IMG/VR virus record: IMGVR_UViG_2832702071_000001
Location: 1 to 64,000 of that record
DNA: 64,000 bases
Direction: 5' to 3' (one strand)
Source: a virus
Lineage: Duplodnaviria; Caudoviricetes
Position numbers and translations under genes: made by a program. Numbering within the stretch: the first letter of the stretch is position 1; each line of letters begins with the position of its first letter. Positions 1 through 11,992 of this stretch are shown here, piece after piece. The notes beneath the pieces were generated by a model. That model ran no database searches, was not told where the DNA came from, and saw only the letters and a program-made list of their open reading frames with translations.

Positions 1-1497
1 TTATTTAAAATATATTTTTACATTAATATTATCCTTATCTTTTCTCAACCACTCCACTTTATCTATTACAGTCTTATACAACTTGTTTATATCCGATGGA
101 TTACTTGCTTGGTCAATTTCAGAATAAAACTTTTCAATCGCTTTAATTTTATTTTCTTTTTTATTGCTTTTTTTCTTTTTAGATAGTAGATATTTTTTCT
201 GATCTTCTAATTCCGATATTTTATTCCTTCTTTTCATTAATTTTTCTTTTGTTTTCTCTACATCATATAAACCATCTTCAAAAGCTTCTTCTATATTTTC
301 AATAGCTTGTTGTTGTTTTTTTATCTGGGTATTAATACTCTCAACTTGTGAATCTATGTTATTAGAAAGATTATCACTTTTTTGTTTCTTTTTCTTCTCA
401 ACTAGAACTTTTTTCACCATTTTTAATTGGTGTTTTATTAGGTCTTCGACTAGATAGGCTTCTCCACCCATATTTCCACAGTTACTACATTTCTTTAACA
501 AGATAGAGCTTTTATTTTTTTGTATGGTCAGTGTTTTCTCACATTTAGCACATTTTACAATGCCGGATAGACTATTAACGTTATTCCCACTTCTATGTCT
601 TGTTTTTTGACTTAATATATATTTAACTTCATTTATTTCATCCTCAGTCATTAATGGTTCATGGCAATTTTTAACAATAATCCACTCATCTCTTGGGTGT
701 TCTTTAAACGGTTTTTTTATCTTATCTGGATTTTGGCTATCCCTTACTCCGCTTGTTTTATTAGATACTATCCATCCAAGATAAGACTCATTTGTTAATA
801 TATTTTTAATAGTATTACCGTTCCATATTTTACCTCGTGGTGACGGTATATTGTCAGTATTTAAGTCTGTTGCGATTTTATTTAGTGAATCACCACTTAT
901 GTAAGCATCAAGCATTCTTCTAAAAATATTAGACTCCTCTTGGTTTATAACCAAACCTTTCAGTTCTGGATTGTAATCATACCCATATGGTGTAGTAGAG
1001 AATACCCAATTACCCATTCTAGCTCCGATTTTTTTACCCATTTGAAGCCTTTTCGATATTAACTTGTATTCTCTTCTAGCTAAGAAACCTTTGAAATCAA
1101 TCATTTCTTCATCAGACTCATTGTTGAAATCGTATAGCTCAAATGGATTCATTGAAATAACAATTGTGTCGGACAGCCTAAATGTTTTTTGTATTGTTTC
1201 TTCGTCTGTGGCGCTACCTCTTCCCAATCGGTCATAATCAAAAACTATTACAGCATCGAAAAGACCTTCTTCAACATCTTTCAATAATTGTTTTATTTCA
1301 ATTCTCTCGGATATTGAGCTACCAGTACCGATCTCTTTATATTCAACAAACTTCCACTTTCTCTCTGCGACAAACTCATCTATTACTTTTTTATGTTTTA
1401 CTAAATCTTCTTCTATGTCTCCCCTCGATCTTCTTATATATATTCCTACATTCTTTATATAATTCAAGACGTCATATTTGTTGTGTTGTTTAATCAT
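1..1497 (-). CDS. Large serine recombinase (resolvase, recombinase, Zn-ribbon and coiled-coil domains)
   Basis: Motifs YIRRSR, DRLGR, TPYGY and a CAKC..CSNC zinc ribbon. Likely ATG at 1497 after GGAGGG; the ORF track starts at 1515. Confidence 0.92.
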   Translation of the reverse strand: MIKQHNKYDVLNYIKNVGIYIRRSRGDIEEDLVKHKKVIDEFVAERKWKFVEYKEIGTGSSISERIEIKQLLKDVEEGLFDAVIVFDYDRLGRGSATDEETIQKTFRLSDTIVISMNPFELYDFNNESDEEMIDFKGFLARREYKLISKRLQMGKKIGARMGNWVFSTTPYGYDYNPELKGLVINQEESNIFRRMLDAYISGDSLNKIATDLNTDNIPSPRGKIWNGNTIKNILTNESYLGWIVSNKTSGVRDSQNPDKIKKPFKEHPRDEWIIVKNCHEPLMTEDEINEVKYILSQKTRHRSGNNVNSLSGIVKCAKCEKTLTIQKNKSSILLKKCSNCGNMGGEAYLVEDLIKHQLKMVKKVLVEKKKKQKSDNLSNNIDSQVESINTQIKKQQQAIENIEEAFEDGLYDVEKTKEKLMKRRNKISELEDQKKYLLSKKKKSNKKENKIKAIEKFYSEIDQASNPSDINKLYKTVIDKVEWLRKDKDNINVKIYFK

Positions 1498-1942
1498 TAT
1501 TCTTTCTCCCTCCACCCTCTATATCTACATCTAAAACAATTTGGCTATTTTCCTCATATGTACGTATGTTTGTAACAGTCCAAAATTTTGAATTTTTATT
1601 TTCCTTTGTTATTCCCATACGATTTGCTATTTTTGTGATGTGATCTATAGATCGATATTTTTCTAGTCTGCTTTGCACGCCATAAGCGCCTTCTGTTCCA
1701 TAGTAATCTATGATTATCTGCTTTTCATCATCCGTCCATAGATCCTTTCTAGCTGCTAAAGATTTTTCTAGTCTTGATTTCTTTCTTATTTCATCCTTCT
1801 TTCTTAATCCTAAATATTTTGCCCTCCTATTAATCTGTCTATTTGTAAAATTAGGTAGAAACTCAATTATTTCAGTAGAAGTTTTTATTGGGTAATATTT
1901 ACGTAATATCTTATCATTTTCATCAGACCATATCCTATTCAT
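1490..1942 (-). CDS. Putative DNA-binding protein with two W[ST]D.E/N..I (Myb/SANT-like) repeats
   Basis: Repeats WSDENDKILRKYY and WTDDEKQIIIDYY. Its stop overlaps the recombinase start. Confidence 0.5.
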   Translation of the reverse strand: MNRIWSDENDKILRKYYPIKTSTEIIEFLPNFTNRQINRRAKYLGLRKKDEIRKKSRLEKSLAARKDLWTDDEKQIIIDYYGTEGAYGVQSRLEKYRSIDHITKIANRMGITKENKNSKFWTVTNIRTYEENSQIVLDVDIEGGGRKNND

Positions 1943-2118
1943 GTAAAAGTATCCTTTCTAAATTTTACTATTAAACATATAATATCAAAAACCCCGAATT
2001 TAAACAATCCGAGGTTCGATAGTTATTCATATAATTCAATAATTTTATGTAAAAGTTCTTCAGTAGATTCTTCAGATATTAATAATGGTATTTCAACATT
2101 ATCGGGAATGTTTAACAA

Positions 2119-2673
2119 TTAATCACCACCGTTATGATTTTCAATAAGTTCATCAAATAGTTTGTTTAAGTAGTACGTATATCTACTTCTAGGTTTATAA
2201 TGTTTTATCTCTATACCGATCTCTTCACATATACCAACTGGGATAGAAGATTCATTCACCCTAGAAGTGTAATCATGTTTTAAATTGTTTTCTGCTATAT
2301 TTTTGTATTTATTGAAATTTGATATATGTATAAAAAAAGTTCTATTATCTGGTTCTCTAAAATTAAAAATAAATCCTGGGATAACACCTTTGTAACTTGT
2401 TGCATCTGTCAAACTTTTAATTTGGTATTCTTTTATTATTTTTTCAGAGAAAGATATTGACTTCTGTTTTGTTGATTTAAGCTCCATAGGGAATAAGAAT
2501 CCCTTATGGTAAAATAAGAAATCAAATTTGTTCTTAGGAATTGACCAATTCCCTTTTTTAAATGCCATTGGATTTACATCTCTTACTCGAAAACAAAAAA
2601 TGTTTTGATTTTTTGCTGATTGATCCAGTGATTCTTCAAATTTTTTGCCATCCTCTTTACTCAATTTAATCAA
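2119..2673 (-). CDS. recU: RecU-like Holliday junction resolvase
   Basis: GKKFEESL...FDF...ELKST, a PD-(D/E)xK pattern typical of RecU. Confidence 0.8.
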   Translation of the reverse strand: MIKLSKEDGKKFEESLDQSAKNQNIFCFRVRDVNPMAFKKGNWSIPKNKFDFLFYHKGFLFPMELKSTKQKSISFSEKIIKEYQIKSLTDATSYKGVIPGFIFNFREPDNRTFFIHISNFNKYKNIAENNLKHDYTSRVNESSIPVGICEEIGIEIKHYKPRSRYTYYLNKLFDELIENHNGGD

Positions 2674-2991
2674 TCACCTCTAATTTATATTAAATTATAA
2701 TTATTTATGATAAAGGAATAATGTAGTAATCAAAATACTCTTTAATATTTAATGATGCCAACAAGCTTGCTTCTGGGAATTGCTCTGTGGTTGTGTCTTG
2801 ATATTCTTTGTATTTTAAAATTAAATCAATCAATTCTTGTCTTGACATAAATTCTAATTCTTTCTTTAAAGTGTTATTTTCCATTCTTATTCTCCTTTTT
2901 AACTTCTGTTTTCTTTAATTTACTTCGATTTCCTACCCTGTTTGATTAAAATAATCGGATAAAACCTGAATTTTATCTTATAATATTAAAA

Positions 2992-5900
2992 CTACTTAAT
3001 ATGCCTTATTTTGCTTATGAATAATTCTTTTACTGACTTATCTTGTTCAAATTTATCTCCAACTTTGCGCCACTTGTAGTCTGTGAATGAGTTAAGTATC
3101 TCTATATAATCACCTACTTTGCACATCTCACCATTAGATGAATAAAAAGTTCTACTTTTAACTTTAGCTTTGATCTCTCTCCCTGTCTTTAATTGATATA
3201 ATGTTAAAACAGGATTTTTAAATTTGGCAAAAACATCAACCACAATTGCGTGTGAATTTGGAACGTTAAAGGTTAAATCTGAATAACCAAGATGTTCTTT
3301 TTGAAAAGAAATCCTTTCATAAACGGGAAAACTTAAAGTATCATTTGATTCTTCCTCCCATTTAATTAATTCAGGAATTCTTTTTTGTTTAGTTTTTTCT
3401 ACATATGTTTTTTTATAGCAAACTTTACTATTAAAAAAGTAATTTTGTATAGCCAGCAGCCTTTCAACATCTCCAAACTTTTTAAAAAAGTCTAATCGAA
3501 TTAAGATGTCTAGCTGCTTAGTATTGACAGATGTTTTTTCTACTATATTAATTAGAAGTTCAGTGAAAGTTTTATATTCATTTTTACTTAATTCAAATAG
3601 CTCATCCGCAATCTTATGGTTTAGGTATTTTATTGAGCCTAATCCTTTATAAACAGTTTTTTCGTCTTTGTTTAAAGCATATTTTCCTTTAGATTTACCA
3701 AATTCAATTGAATTAATTTTAATATTATTTCTCTTAGCGTAATCGGTAATTGCTGCAATTTTCTCGGATTTCTTCTCACGAACGTTGATAAATGCAGTTA
3801 CAAACTCTAATGGATAGTAATATCTAAGCCATGCGTTAGCGTAGCCAATCATGGAATAAGGATACGAGTGATTAGATGAAAACCCATAACCACTTGCATT
3901 TTTAATTACTATTAAAAACTTTTCAATAAGATGTTCGGCGTGTTCCTTTGATTCTCCATACTTTTGAACCATTGTGTTTATAAAGCTCTCTTTAATCTTA
4001 GGAATAAATTCCTCAGTACCTGTCTTTTTAGCTAACCCCCTTCGTACAAGATCACTTTCCCCCATCGTAAAACCACAGAATTTTACAAGAAACTCCATTA
4101 TTTGTTCCTGATAAATACACTGCCCTAATGTGTTTTCAAGAAAATTGTTTAAAACTTCATGCTCATTATCCTCTGATATGCCTTGCGATAACTTATCCCT
4201 ATAGCTGTCTCCAGCAGGTCTGATCGCTCCATTACCAATTGATAAAAGGTCTAAAAAGGTTGATTCTATGCCGCTTTTCTTTATATTATCTAATGTTTCT
4301 TCTGAAAACATCTGTTTAATAAATCTACTAGCAGAATCAGATTCCCATTGAAACACACCAACAGTATCATCTTTCATCGCTTTCCAAACATTTTCGTCTT
4401 CAAAATCTATATTGTCTGGTGTCAACCTTTCTATATTAGCTAACTCGCAAGTTTCATTGATGATTTCCATATTATCTAATCCAAGGACATCTAGCTTCAG
4501 AAATTTTAACGCTTCTAGTTCTTTCATATTTATTTGGCTTACTGCGTACTTTGATTCTTTTGTTTTACACAGACCAAAAAACTCAGAAATATTAACAGGT
4601 GAAACAACAAATCCAGACGGATGACTTCCTATGCTCTCATAGACTCCATTCATGATTTTGGTGTGCTTTTCAACTTCCGGGTATTTTTTCTTAAATTTTT
4701 CATAATCAGCATCTGCTAATTCTTTTATTTTATCAACCTCTGGTAGTGGAATCTTTAACGCTCTACCAATATTTTCGATAGCTCCTCTTAGTGCCATTGT
4801 GTTAAATGTTATAATTTCACAAAAGTCGATTCCTTTTATCCCAGCTATATAATCGATAACATCTTGCCTTCTTGATGGAGGGAAGTCTACATCAATATCA
4901 GCAAGTGTTACCCTGTCTTTATTCATAAATCTAGTAAAGTTCATATTCCACTTAATACTATCAACATCCGTTATTCCTAAAAGATAGGCGATAATTGATC
5001 CACTTACACTTCCACGAGAATAACCTTGATAGATATCATTCTTATGACACCACTTGATAATATCATCTTGTAGTAGCATATAATCAACGGCATCCAATTT
5101 TTTGAACGTATTAAACTCTTCATTTATTCTTTTAAAATAATCATTTTTTTTATTTTTGGGTAATTTGTGAACATTTCTATTTTTAACGCCTACTCTAATT
5201 CTCTCTTTGAACTCCTTCTCGGAATCATCATATAACCTTGGATACTTAGGTTCGTCGTTTAATGTGAATTCTTCCACCATGTCTGCCATCACATTTGTAT
5301 TATGAATAGCCTCTAAATATATGTTTCTAGGAAGTGCATTTTGTTTTTCAAACATTCCAACGAATTCATCAAAAGACTTAAATGTTAAATCAAATGTGTC
5401 TTCATCCCCATAACTAGCGCCTTTTGACTTCAAGAACACCTCTCTGGTATCAGCGTGTTCTTGATTTAGAGAGTGTGTGTCTCCTGCTGCAATTAAAGGG
5501 ATATCCATTTCTTTAGACCATCTTAGTAACATCTGGTTGAATGCAATTTGGTCAGGATGATTATGATATTGAATCTCAAAAAACATTCTATGTTTGTTGT
5601 CTTCCATAAAATTCAGCATATCAGTTAATTCCTTTTCGAACTCCTTATTAACTTCATATTGATTTGGATATGCTTTTTTATACATTCTCCATAATGGTGA
5701 GGCTAAACAGGCGGATGTCATCAAGATATTATCCGACGTAGCCTTTAATTCATCAAAGGTAATTCTTGGATTATAATAAAAGTGCCCATCGTCTTTATTA
5801 AACGATTTGGACGTCAGAGTATTCAATTCTTTCATGCCGTCCCAATTCTTAGCTAAAAGCATATAATGATAATTATCTCTAATTAATCCCTTCTCTTTAT

Positions 5901-6147
5901 CGTTATGCTGTGTTAGATATACTTCATTAGCACCGATAAATTTCATGCCTCTTTTTTCTATTTCAGCCTTCTTTTTTGTCCACTCAAACTGGTTTCCATG
6001 TTCCGAAAACGAAAAGGCTTCCATCCCATATGATTGCGCCTTGTCTAGATAGTCAATAAATTTTGTTACCGAGTCTGCTCCTGTCCCTGCTGTCGGATTT
6101 GAGTTTGCACTATGTAGATGGTATGGAACGTAATTGTGCAAATACAT
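2992..6147 (-). CDS. dnaE: DNA polymerase III alpha subunit (YorL-like)
   Basis: PHP domain HLHS..SEHG; motifs SRGSVSGS, ADIDVDF, KLDVLGL, YQEQIM, GYGFSSNHS. Confidence 0.95.
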   Translation of the reverse strand: MYLHNYVPYHLHSANSNPTAGTGADSVTKFIDYLDKAQSYGMEAFSFSEHGNQFEWTKKKAEIEKRGMKFIGANEVYLTQHNDKEKGLIRDNYHYMLLAKNWDGMKELNTLTSKSFNKDDGHFYYNPRITFDELKATSDNILMTSACLASPLWRMYKKAYPNQYEVNKEFEKELTDMLNFMEDNKHRMFFEIQYHNHPDQIAFNQMLLRWSKEMDIPLIAAGDTHSLNQEHADTREVFLKSKGASYGDEDTFDLTFKSFDEFVGMFEKQNALPRNIYLEAIHNTNVMADMVEEFTLNDEPKYPRLYDDSEKEFKERIRVGVKNRNVHKLPKNKKNDYFKRINEEFNTFKKLDAVDYMLLQDDIIKWCHKNDIYQGYSRGSVSGSIIAYLLGITDVDSIKWNMNFTRFMNKDRVTLADIDVDFPPSRRQDVIDYIAGIKGIDFCEIITFNTMALRGAIENIGRALKIPLPEVDKIKELADADYEKFKKKYPEVEKHTKIMNGVYESIGSHPSGFVVSPVNISEFFGLCKTKESKYAVSQINMKELEALKFLKLDVLGLDNMEIINETCELANIERLTPDNIDFEDENVWKAMKDDTVGVFQWESDSASRFIKQMFSEETLDNIKKSGIESTFLDLLSIGNGAIRPAGDSYRDKLSQGISEDNEHEVLNNFLENTLGQCIYQEQIMEFLVKFCGFTMGESDLVRRGLAKKTGTEEFIPKIKESFINTMVQKYGESKEHAEHLIEKFLIVIKNASGYGFSSNHSYPYSMIGYANAWLRYYYPLEFVTAFINVREKKSEKIAAITDYAKRNNIKINSIEFGKSKGKYALNKDEKTVYKGLGSIKYLNHKIADELFELSKNEYKTFTELLINIVEKTSVNTKQLDILIRLDFFKKFGDVERLLAIQNYFFNSKVCYKKTYVEKTKQKRIPELIKWEEESNDTLSFPVYERISFQKEHLGYSDLTFNVPNSHAIVVDVFAKFKNPVLTLYQLKTGREIKAKVKSRTFYSSNGEMCKVGDYIEILNSFTDYKWRKVGDKFEQDKSVKELFISKIRHIK

Positions 6148-6245
6148 CTCTCCTTTCCTTATGTAAACAGGAGTGAAAGAATTCTCACCCCTATTTAGTT
6201 TATATTTCTATATTAAATTATAATTATTAAATTGTCAAGATAAAA

Positions 6246-6737
6246 TCACTCTTTTAATGGTTTTTTATAAATATTAAACTCATAGTTGAATCCATTCTGA
6301 TTAGACCCCTCACGATGAAAATATTTAAACCAATCATCCCAATTAATATTGGGCATATAACTATCCGCATTAAATTTGTGCTTTACTTTTGTCAAATAGA
6401 TCCTATTACAATAAGGTAGAAACTGTTTATAGATTGAGCTTCCACCCAAGACCATAACTTCTCTTTCATTGGAAAATTCAAATAAAACATCATTAATATT
6501 ATTTCTGACTATTACGTTGGGATGTGGGTTGTAGGAATTATCTTTAGTTAACACCACGTTGATTCGTTTGGGCAATGGTTTGCCTATTGATTCATAAGTC
6601 TTTCTCCCCAGTATACATACCTTATGATAGGTGTGATGTTTAAACCATTCAAAGTCTTCAGGTATGTGCCATAATAATTTATTATTGCTTCCAATTTCAC
6701 CATTTAGACCTGTTGCGGCTATTATTGAAAAAGACAT
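6246..6737 (-). CDS. dfrA: Dihydrofolate reductase
   Basis: Motifs IGSNNKLLWHIPEDF, LGRKTYESIGKPLPKR, GGSSIY. Confidence 0.95.
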   Translation of the reverse strand: MSFSIIAATGLNGEIGSNNKLLWHIPEDFEWFKHHTYHKVCILGRKTYESIGKPLPKRINVVLTKDNSYNPHPNVIVRNNINDVLFEFSNEREVMVLGGSSIYKQFLPYCNRIYLTKVKHKFNADSYMPNINWDDWFKYFHREGSNQNGFNYEFNIYKKPLKE

Positions 6738-8071
6738 TATATAGCCACTTCATATGTAATTTTATCACCATGTTTGTAATTAATTAACTCAAAATCATCA
6801 ATGGTAAAATCATAAAAATTAGTTATATCAGGGTTAATCCATAGTTTTGGAGCCTTATAGTGTTCCCTAGTTATTTGTTCTGTTATGTTGTCTATATGTT
6901 TATCATAGATGTGTGCGTCTCCGATGTGATAAATATATTCTCCAACCTCGTAACCTGTAACTTGGGCAATCATTCTTTGCAGCACATTGTACTGAAAAAC
7001 ATTAAATGGGTTGCCTACAATTTGTTCAATCGGATTCGCTAGATCCAATCAGTTCTCTTATGAACTTCTATATGTTGCCATATAGTTCAGACTATATCAT
7101 CATCTTTCTCAGTAAACGTTGAGTTAAGATGCTTCTGCTTTTCCATTTAAGGGGTTTTCACCCACTCCAAACACTTGAGCCGTACTCCTATTGTGTATGT
7201 GTAATCACCTAGGGATAGTCGTTGGACATTTATCAAACTAATTTAACCCAATCTTTAAAGTTTGATTGTTCAAGTGATAGTGAAAAGTACTGGTTTTTAT
7301 ACCGCCCCCCCTTTTTTAACATTCGGTAAATTAGTTTGATTTTAGTAACAGATTGTCTTGATGCCCGTCAAGAGTTCCCCGTTTTAACAGAAGTTTTTCG
7401 ACTATCATTTCTGACAGAAGGCACTAGTGTGTCAATGCCATATCGTTGCTGCGAGAACGAACCTCAAGGTGTAATTTATTATTTTTTACGTGCCATTGAG
7501 TTTCATATACACAAGGGGTTAGCGACATGTCATCTAGATCGTCGGGGTTCCATAGTGTAGTAATATGTCTTCTCGATGATGGATTATTTTTTAATTCATG
7601 TATCAGATAATCAACTTGATCAGCCATCACTGTATTTGATATAGGAAATTCGTGATAATCCAGCCCTTTATCCTTGTAATACTCAATAGTATGTTTATCC
7701 CAATGAATAGGTGCTTGAATTTTTCTGTTTATTTTACCTAATTGATACCCATATGATTTACCGATTGTGCCATCTTCTTGTTCCCATTCATTCCAAATAT
7801 TAACTCCTAAATCACGCAAGTCTTGTACTTTATTTGATTTCATTTGCCAAATCCATAACAATTCTTTAATTGCAGACTTCCAAGCAACTTTTTTTGTTGT
7901 TAATATAGGTATTTCGCTATTATCAAACTCCATATGGTAATTAAACCAAGATGTAGTATATGCAGGTGTTCCATCTTTATATTCTGTTCTAACTTTTGAA
8001 CCAATATTACTTTCGCCTTTGTCTAAAATGCTACTAATAACTTCATTATATTTAATATCAGCAACTCCCAA
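6737..8071 (-). CDS. thyA: Thymidylate synthase, two exons (8071..7435 and 7017..6737)
   Basis: Exon 1 has ELLW, SRRH, LTPC, RSNDMA. Exon 2 has GNPFN and GDAHIY. Splicing restores RSNDMALGNPFN. Confidence 0.93.
7018..7434 (-). ncRNA. Group I intron in thyA (417 nt, no endonuclease ORF)
   Basis: The 5' exon ends in U, and P1 pairs GGCAU with GUGCC (U.G at the splice site). R-like element GUCCAACGACUAUC and S-like element GAUGAUAUAGUCUG are present, and the intron ends in G. Removal restores the frame and motif. Confidence 0.9.
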
Positions 8072-8083
8072 TATAACAGCTCC

Positions 8084-8611
8084 TTACTTTACATCATATT
8101 CTTCTGGTTTCACTTCGATTGAAACAAATTTACTTATATCTTCGCCTGTTTCTGTATAATAGACTTTCCCATCTTTTTCTTGTAATTTATCCTTCAAGTC
8201 TTTCCATTTCAATTTCTTTACAGTCTCATGCTCCACTAATTCAGGATACTCCTCTTCAATCTGATCAATAGTATCATTCTTAGGTTTAGAGAAATTTTGT
8301 TTCGACTTTTTAATAATAATGTCACCATTTAGTGAAGTCCATTTCATTTGTGACTTTTGATTTTTAGTATCTTTTTGTAGTTTTGCAAATTCAGCTAAAG
8401 TGGATAGCAAAAATGAGTTTTGTTTTAATAATTTATCTTTTTTAGTTTGCAAAGTATGTTTGATTTCTTCAATATGTTGATTTGCTATTTCCTCTAGTTT
8501 TGCGATTTCTTCTTTATTATCTTTTACTTCTTTAATCATACTGTCAATTTTCCAAGTCTCAATACTGTTAACATCGATTGTTTCTTGTTTTAATTCATGA
8601 ATTTCTTCCAT
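8084..8611 (-). CDS. Host-nuclease inhibitor Gam (Mu Gam-like) family protein
   Basis: Long N-terminal coiled coil, then SLNGDIIIKK and KLKWKDLK motifs; size matches the family. Confidence 0.6.
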   Translation of the reverse strand: MEEIHELKQETIDVNSIETWKIDSMIKEVKDNKEEIAKLEEIANQHIEEIKHTLQTKKDKLLKQNSFLLSTLAEFAKLQKDTKNQKSQMKWTSLNGDIIIKKSKQNFSKPKNDTIDQIEEEYPELVEHETVKKLKWKDLKDKLQEKDGKVYYTETGEDISKFVSIEVKPEEYDVK

Positions 8612-11518
8612 AGTTTTACGTTAACATCCTTTCCGATTTCATTAATTTTTGTCTCTAATTCATTAAGCCTACTATTTAGGCTAGATAGGTTTTGGTTTTC
8701 ATTATTTTGCAAATTTAAATGGAAATATTTTTTAAGTAGATTCGCAAGGTTACCATAATATCCAATATCATCGTAAAATACTTCTCCTTCTGATTTCCCC
8801 GACTTAGCAACCCTCTTCTTTTTTAAAATAAATTGATATCTATCTATATCAATAGTGTAATTTTCATCGATTTTGTATGACATTATTTCTCCTTTCTAGA
8901 CGTTAAAAACTTCATAATATTATCTTCTAAATCTTTGACTCTAGTGTCTTTTTCATCTTCAAAGTCGCTATACCCATCTATTTTGGTTCTTAATATTTTT
9001 ACCTCTTTTTTTAATTCGATGTTTTCTACTTCATAGAATTCACAAAGCTTAACAAGGCTAATTATCCATCTTAAAAGTAATTTATTTCCCATATATTAGC
9101 CTAACGTTTAAACTTACTTCCATCTTCGTATCCCCAACTATAGCCAATCATAATGATTAAGCCTATGAGAACTGTAAAAAACACGAGTGACATGCTAATA
9201 ATCATTTAACCCCTCCTTAATTTTTAAATTAAAACTAATCTTTTATTTGATAGGTTTAATCGTCCAGATACTCCCCCTCTTCTAATATCTCGAAAGCCAT
9301 GTTTCCATCATCGTTTTCTGTTTCTCCTAAAGGTTCATCATCTAACATCGCAAAATATCCAGTAGGATAAAGTGTTACACAATCTTTGTGATAGAATTCG
9401 CCATTTACTTCTACTACATCATCATCCCAATTAAATTCTTCGTTACATGCTCCGCACTTCTTCAGACTGTTTTTCATTTATTCTGGGAATTCTGACGGAC
9501 TGTAGTACGCCAATTCCGAACGTTTAAAACGATCTTTGTAATACCTATACACGTACGTTTCGTAAGGATTTACGTCTATGCTCATTTCATTATCGAACAA
9601 TATTTCGTTGTTTTTTGTAATTCCGATTACTTTCGCGTTAACTAACTTAGATAGTTCATCCATGTTCCGACCCCTTTCCGTGACATTATTTGATAATTCG
9701 TAATCTGTACGAGGTCTACTCCACGCTGATTTCCAATAAGTTTCTCAAACTCGGAAATCAAGCGAGGATTGGGTCGCTTAAACCCGGTTACTAAGGAGCC
9801 GTTTATCGTGCGTGCTTTTCCGTCTACCACATACGTAATATACATACGAAAAGTAGGTTGGCGATGACTTCTGCGTTTTCTCACTCCGATTCCTCCCCCG
9901 GCATGCATATTCTAGTTGCTAAAATTTTCATGTCAGCAATGTTAACTCCGATTGAATGCGCTAATTCTCCAAATTTACCTGCATATGATCCGATTTCTTT
10001 ATTGAGGTCTTTATTTCTCTTTTCAAGTTCTTCTACACGATTAATAAGTTGTTCGATAAGTATTACTTCTTCAGATGTAACATCCGCAAAACCACCATCT
10101 TTTAAAATTGTTTTCCAAGTACTAACAATCCCTTTTAATTCCTCCATCGTTAGACCTCCTAAAATTGTTTAATTCGTATTTTAATCGGATTACGCATTAA
10201 TCTAAATTTTCAATTTTTGTAATATCACTTAGAGGTCTTAGTGCGTTAAATATTCTTCTTGCATCTGATTCCGTATCAGCGCTTATATTCATTGATTCGT
10301 TTGTTCCCATGTAAGATTCATATTCGATATAAAAGTTTTGCAAATTATTTCACCTCACTCCTTAATACATTTTTCTGTCAACTCCGCATCAAATTTTTTT
10401 CTGCGGTAGTCGTTACCGTTTAATTGAATTACTTTGACAAACATATTTTGAGTAAATTTTAAGCCACCACATAATATAACCTTTCAACACTACTAATACT
10501 GCTAATCAATATTAAACTTACTTCGTATATCTTGTATAAAGTTTCCTAATCTATCCCAAAAACAAAATTCCTTATTTGCACCTCTTTCAAAGCAAAGCTC
10601 CTGAAGTTTTCTGAGCATTTTCATTCTCCTTTCCTTATTAGCATTTTATTATCCTCGCTTAAATCAACCTCTGCTCTATGTGTTATCCCCCTAAATTGTC
10701 GGTTTTTGTTCGAACTATGCACTAATCTTCATCCAACTCAGACAAGCAAACTCTAACAACCGTCCCGCAAAATAGTAACTCTGCATTATTAACTGCTTCC
10801 CTTACTGTTTCTGCTTCTACTTGATAACCAAACATTGTCTTTTCACTTTTTAATATAGACACATTCCAAATCATTTCTTATCACTTCCTTACTGGTGTTT
10901 TTGTGTCTACTCCACCACCACAACGCCATGCTTTTTAGTGTAAATATTTTTCTGCTTGATCTGTTCTTTCTTAAATCCTTGCTCATATACCGTAAATACG
11001 ATTAACTGATCACGTTTGGTATTAACTGCTTTGTGTTCGGTGGTTCTGCGTATCATGAAATCACCTACGCTTCTTCAAAAAACATAAGGAAAATTTCTGC
11101 ATAGAATTCCTTTATGTTTTTTATCCAACTCTTAAAATTATTACTGAAGCAAATTTGCACTAGCGCTACTATAGGAAAAGCAACAATAAAAACAGAGTAG
11201 ACAAATCCTACAATCATATATTTAATTAAATTGAATAATAATTTCACTTCACGCCCTCCAATACCTTAATCATTAATTCGTTTAGCCTTGTTAAATCTAT
11301 CTCTAAATCGATCTAATACCCATTCCTTTTCATAATGGTTTTTGTCTGCGACTTCATCGCAAGTCTGTATAACATCTTGCACAAGTTCGTCGATCCGTTC
11401 TATAGCTTCATCATATAGATTACTTTCGTCTGACATATCATTCTCCTTTCATTTATATTTTTATATTAAATTATAATTAAAATGATATAAAATCATTGTT
11501 TTATTAGGTTGCTATTTT

Positions 11519-11992
11519 TTAATCTAATCTAGCTAAATTCATTAATAAATCTTCTTCATTACCCACAAATTCTCCCCACTCCTCGATAGCACCAAGAGTT
11601 AAATGGTTGGCGCTTGCCGAAGGTATACCTTTATATAATTGTGGTTGAAGTAAACGGGCATTTGATGTATAGGCGATGATGTCTATAACGCCGCCGTCAA
11701 TTGTCATTAATTCTGATTCATTCCACCCTGCAACTATACCGATTTCAGTAATAGTCCCATCAGCACTTCCACCAGTTAAATTTACAACGACAATATCGCT
11801 ACTTATTAGCTCTGATACATCTGCCCTGTAAATATCCTGTGGTGTAGGATTATTACTTTTATTATTGATACTGGCGTTTTCTGCTGCTGCATACACTTGG
11901 TATCCTAATTTTCGAATTTCATTTGCCACTCTTTTTGAATCTTCAAACTCACCTTTTGTACTGATTGGATGAGCTAAATAAACCTTTGTCAT
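11519..11992 (-). CDS. Nucleoside 2-deoxyribosyltransferase-like protein
   Basis: KVYLAHP...D..SDIVVV...DGTITEIG family pattern. Confidence 0.8.
   Translation of the reverse strand: MTKVYLAHPISTKGEFEDSKRVANEIRKLGYQVYAAAENASINNKSNNPTPQDIYRADVSELISSDIVVVNLTGGSADGTITEIGIVAGWNESELMTIDGGVIDIIAYTSNARLLQPQLYKGIPSASANHLTLGAIEEWGEFVGNEEDLLMNLARLD

Noticed and set aside
6737-7048. Stand-alone 103-aa gene, or a thyA pseudogene
   Set aside because: Explained as exon 2 of an intron-split thyA; its first residues are intron sequence.
7336-7560. Plus-strand ORF as an intron-encoded protein
   Set aside because: It is on the wrong strand, overlaps exon 1 and has no nuclease motif.
10340-10500. Non-coding stretch with a small hairpin as a tRNA or sRNA
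   Set aside because: No cloverleaf or T-loop motif is visible, so the evidence is insufficient.
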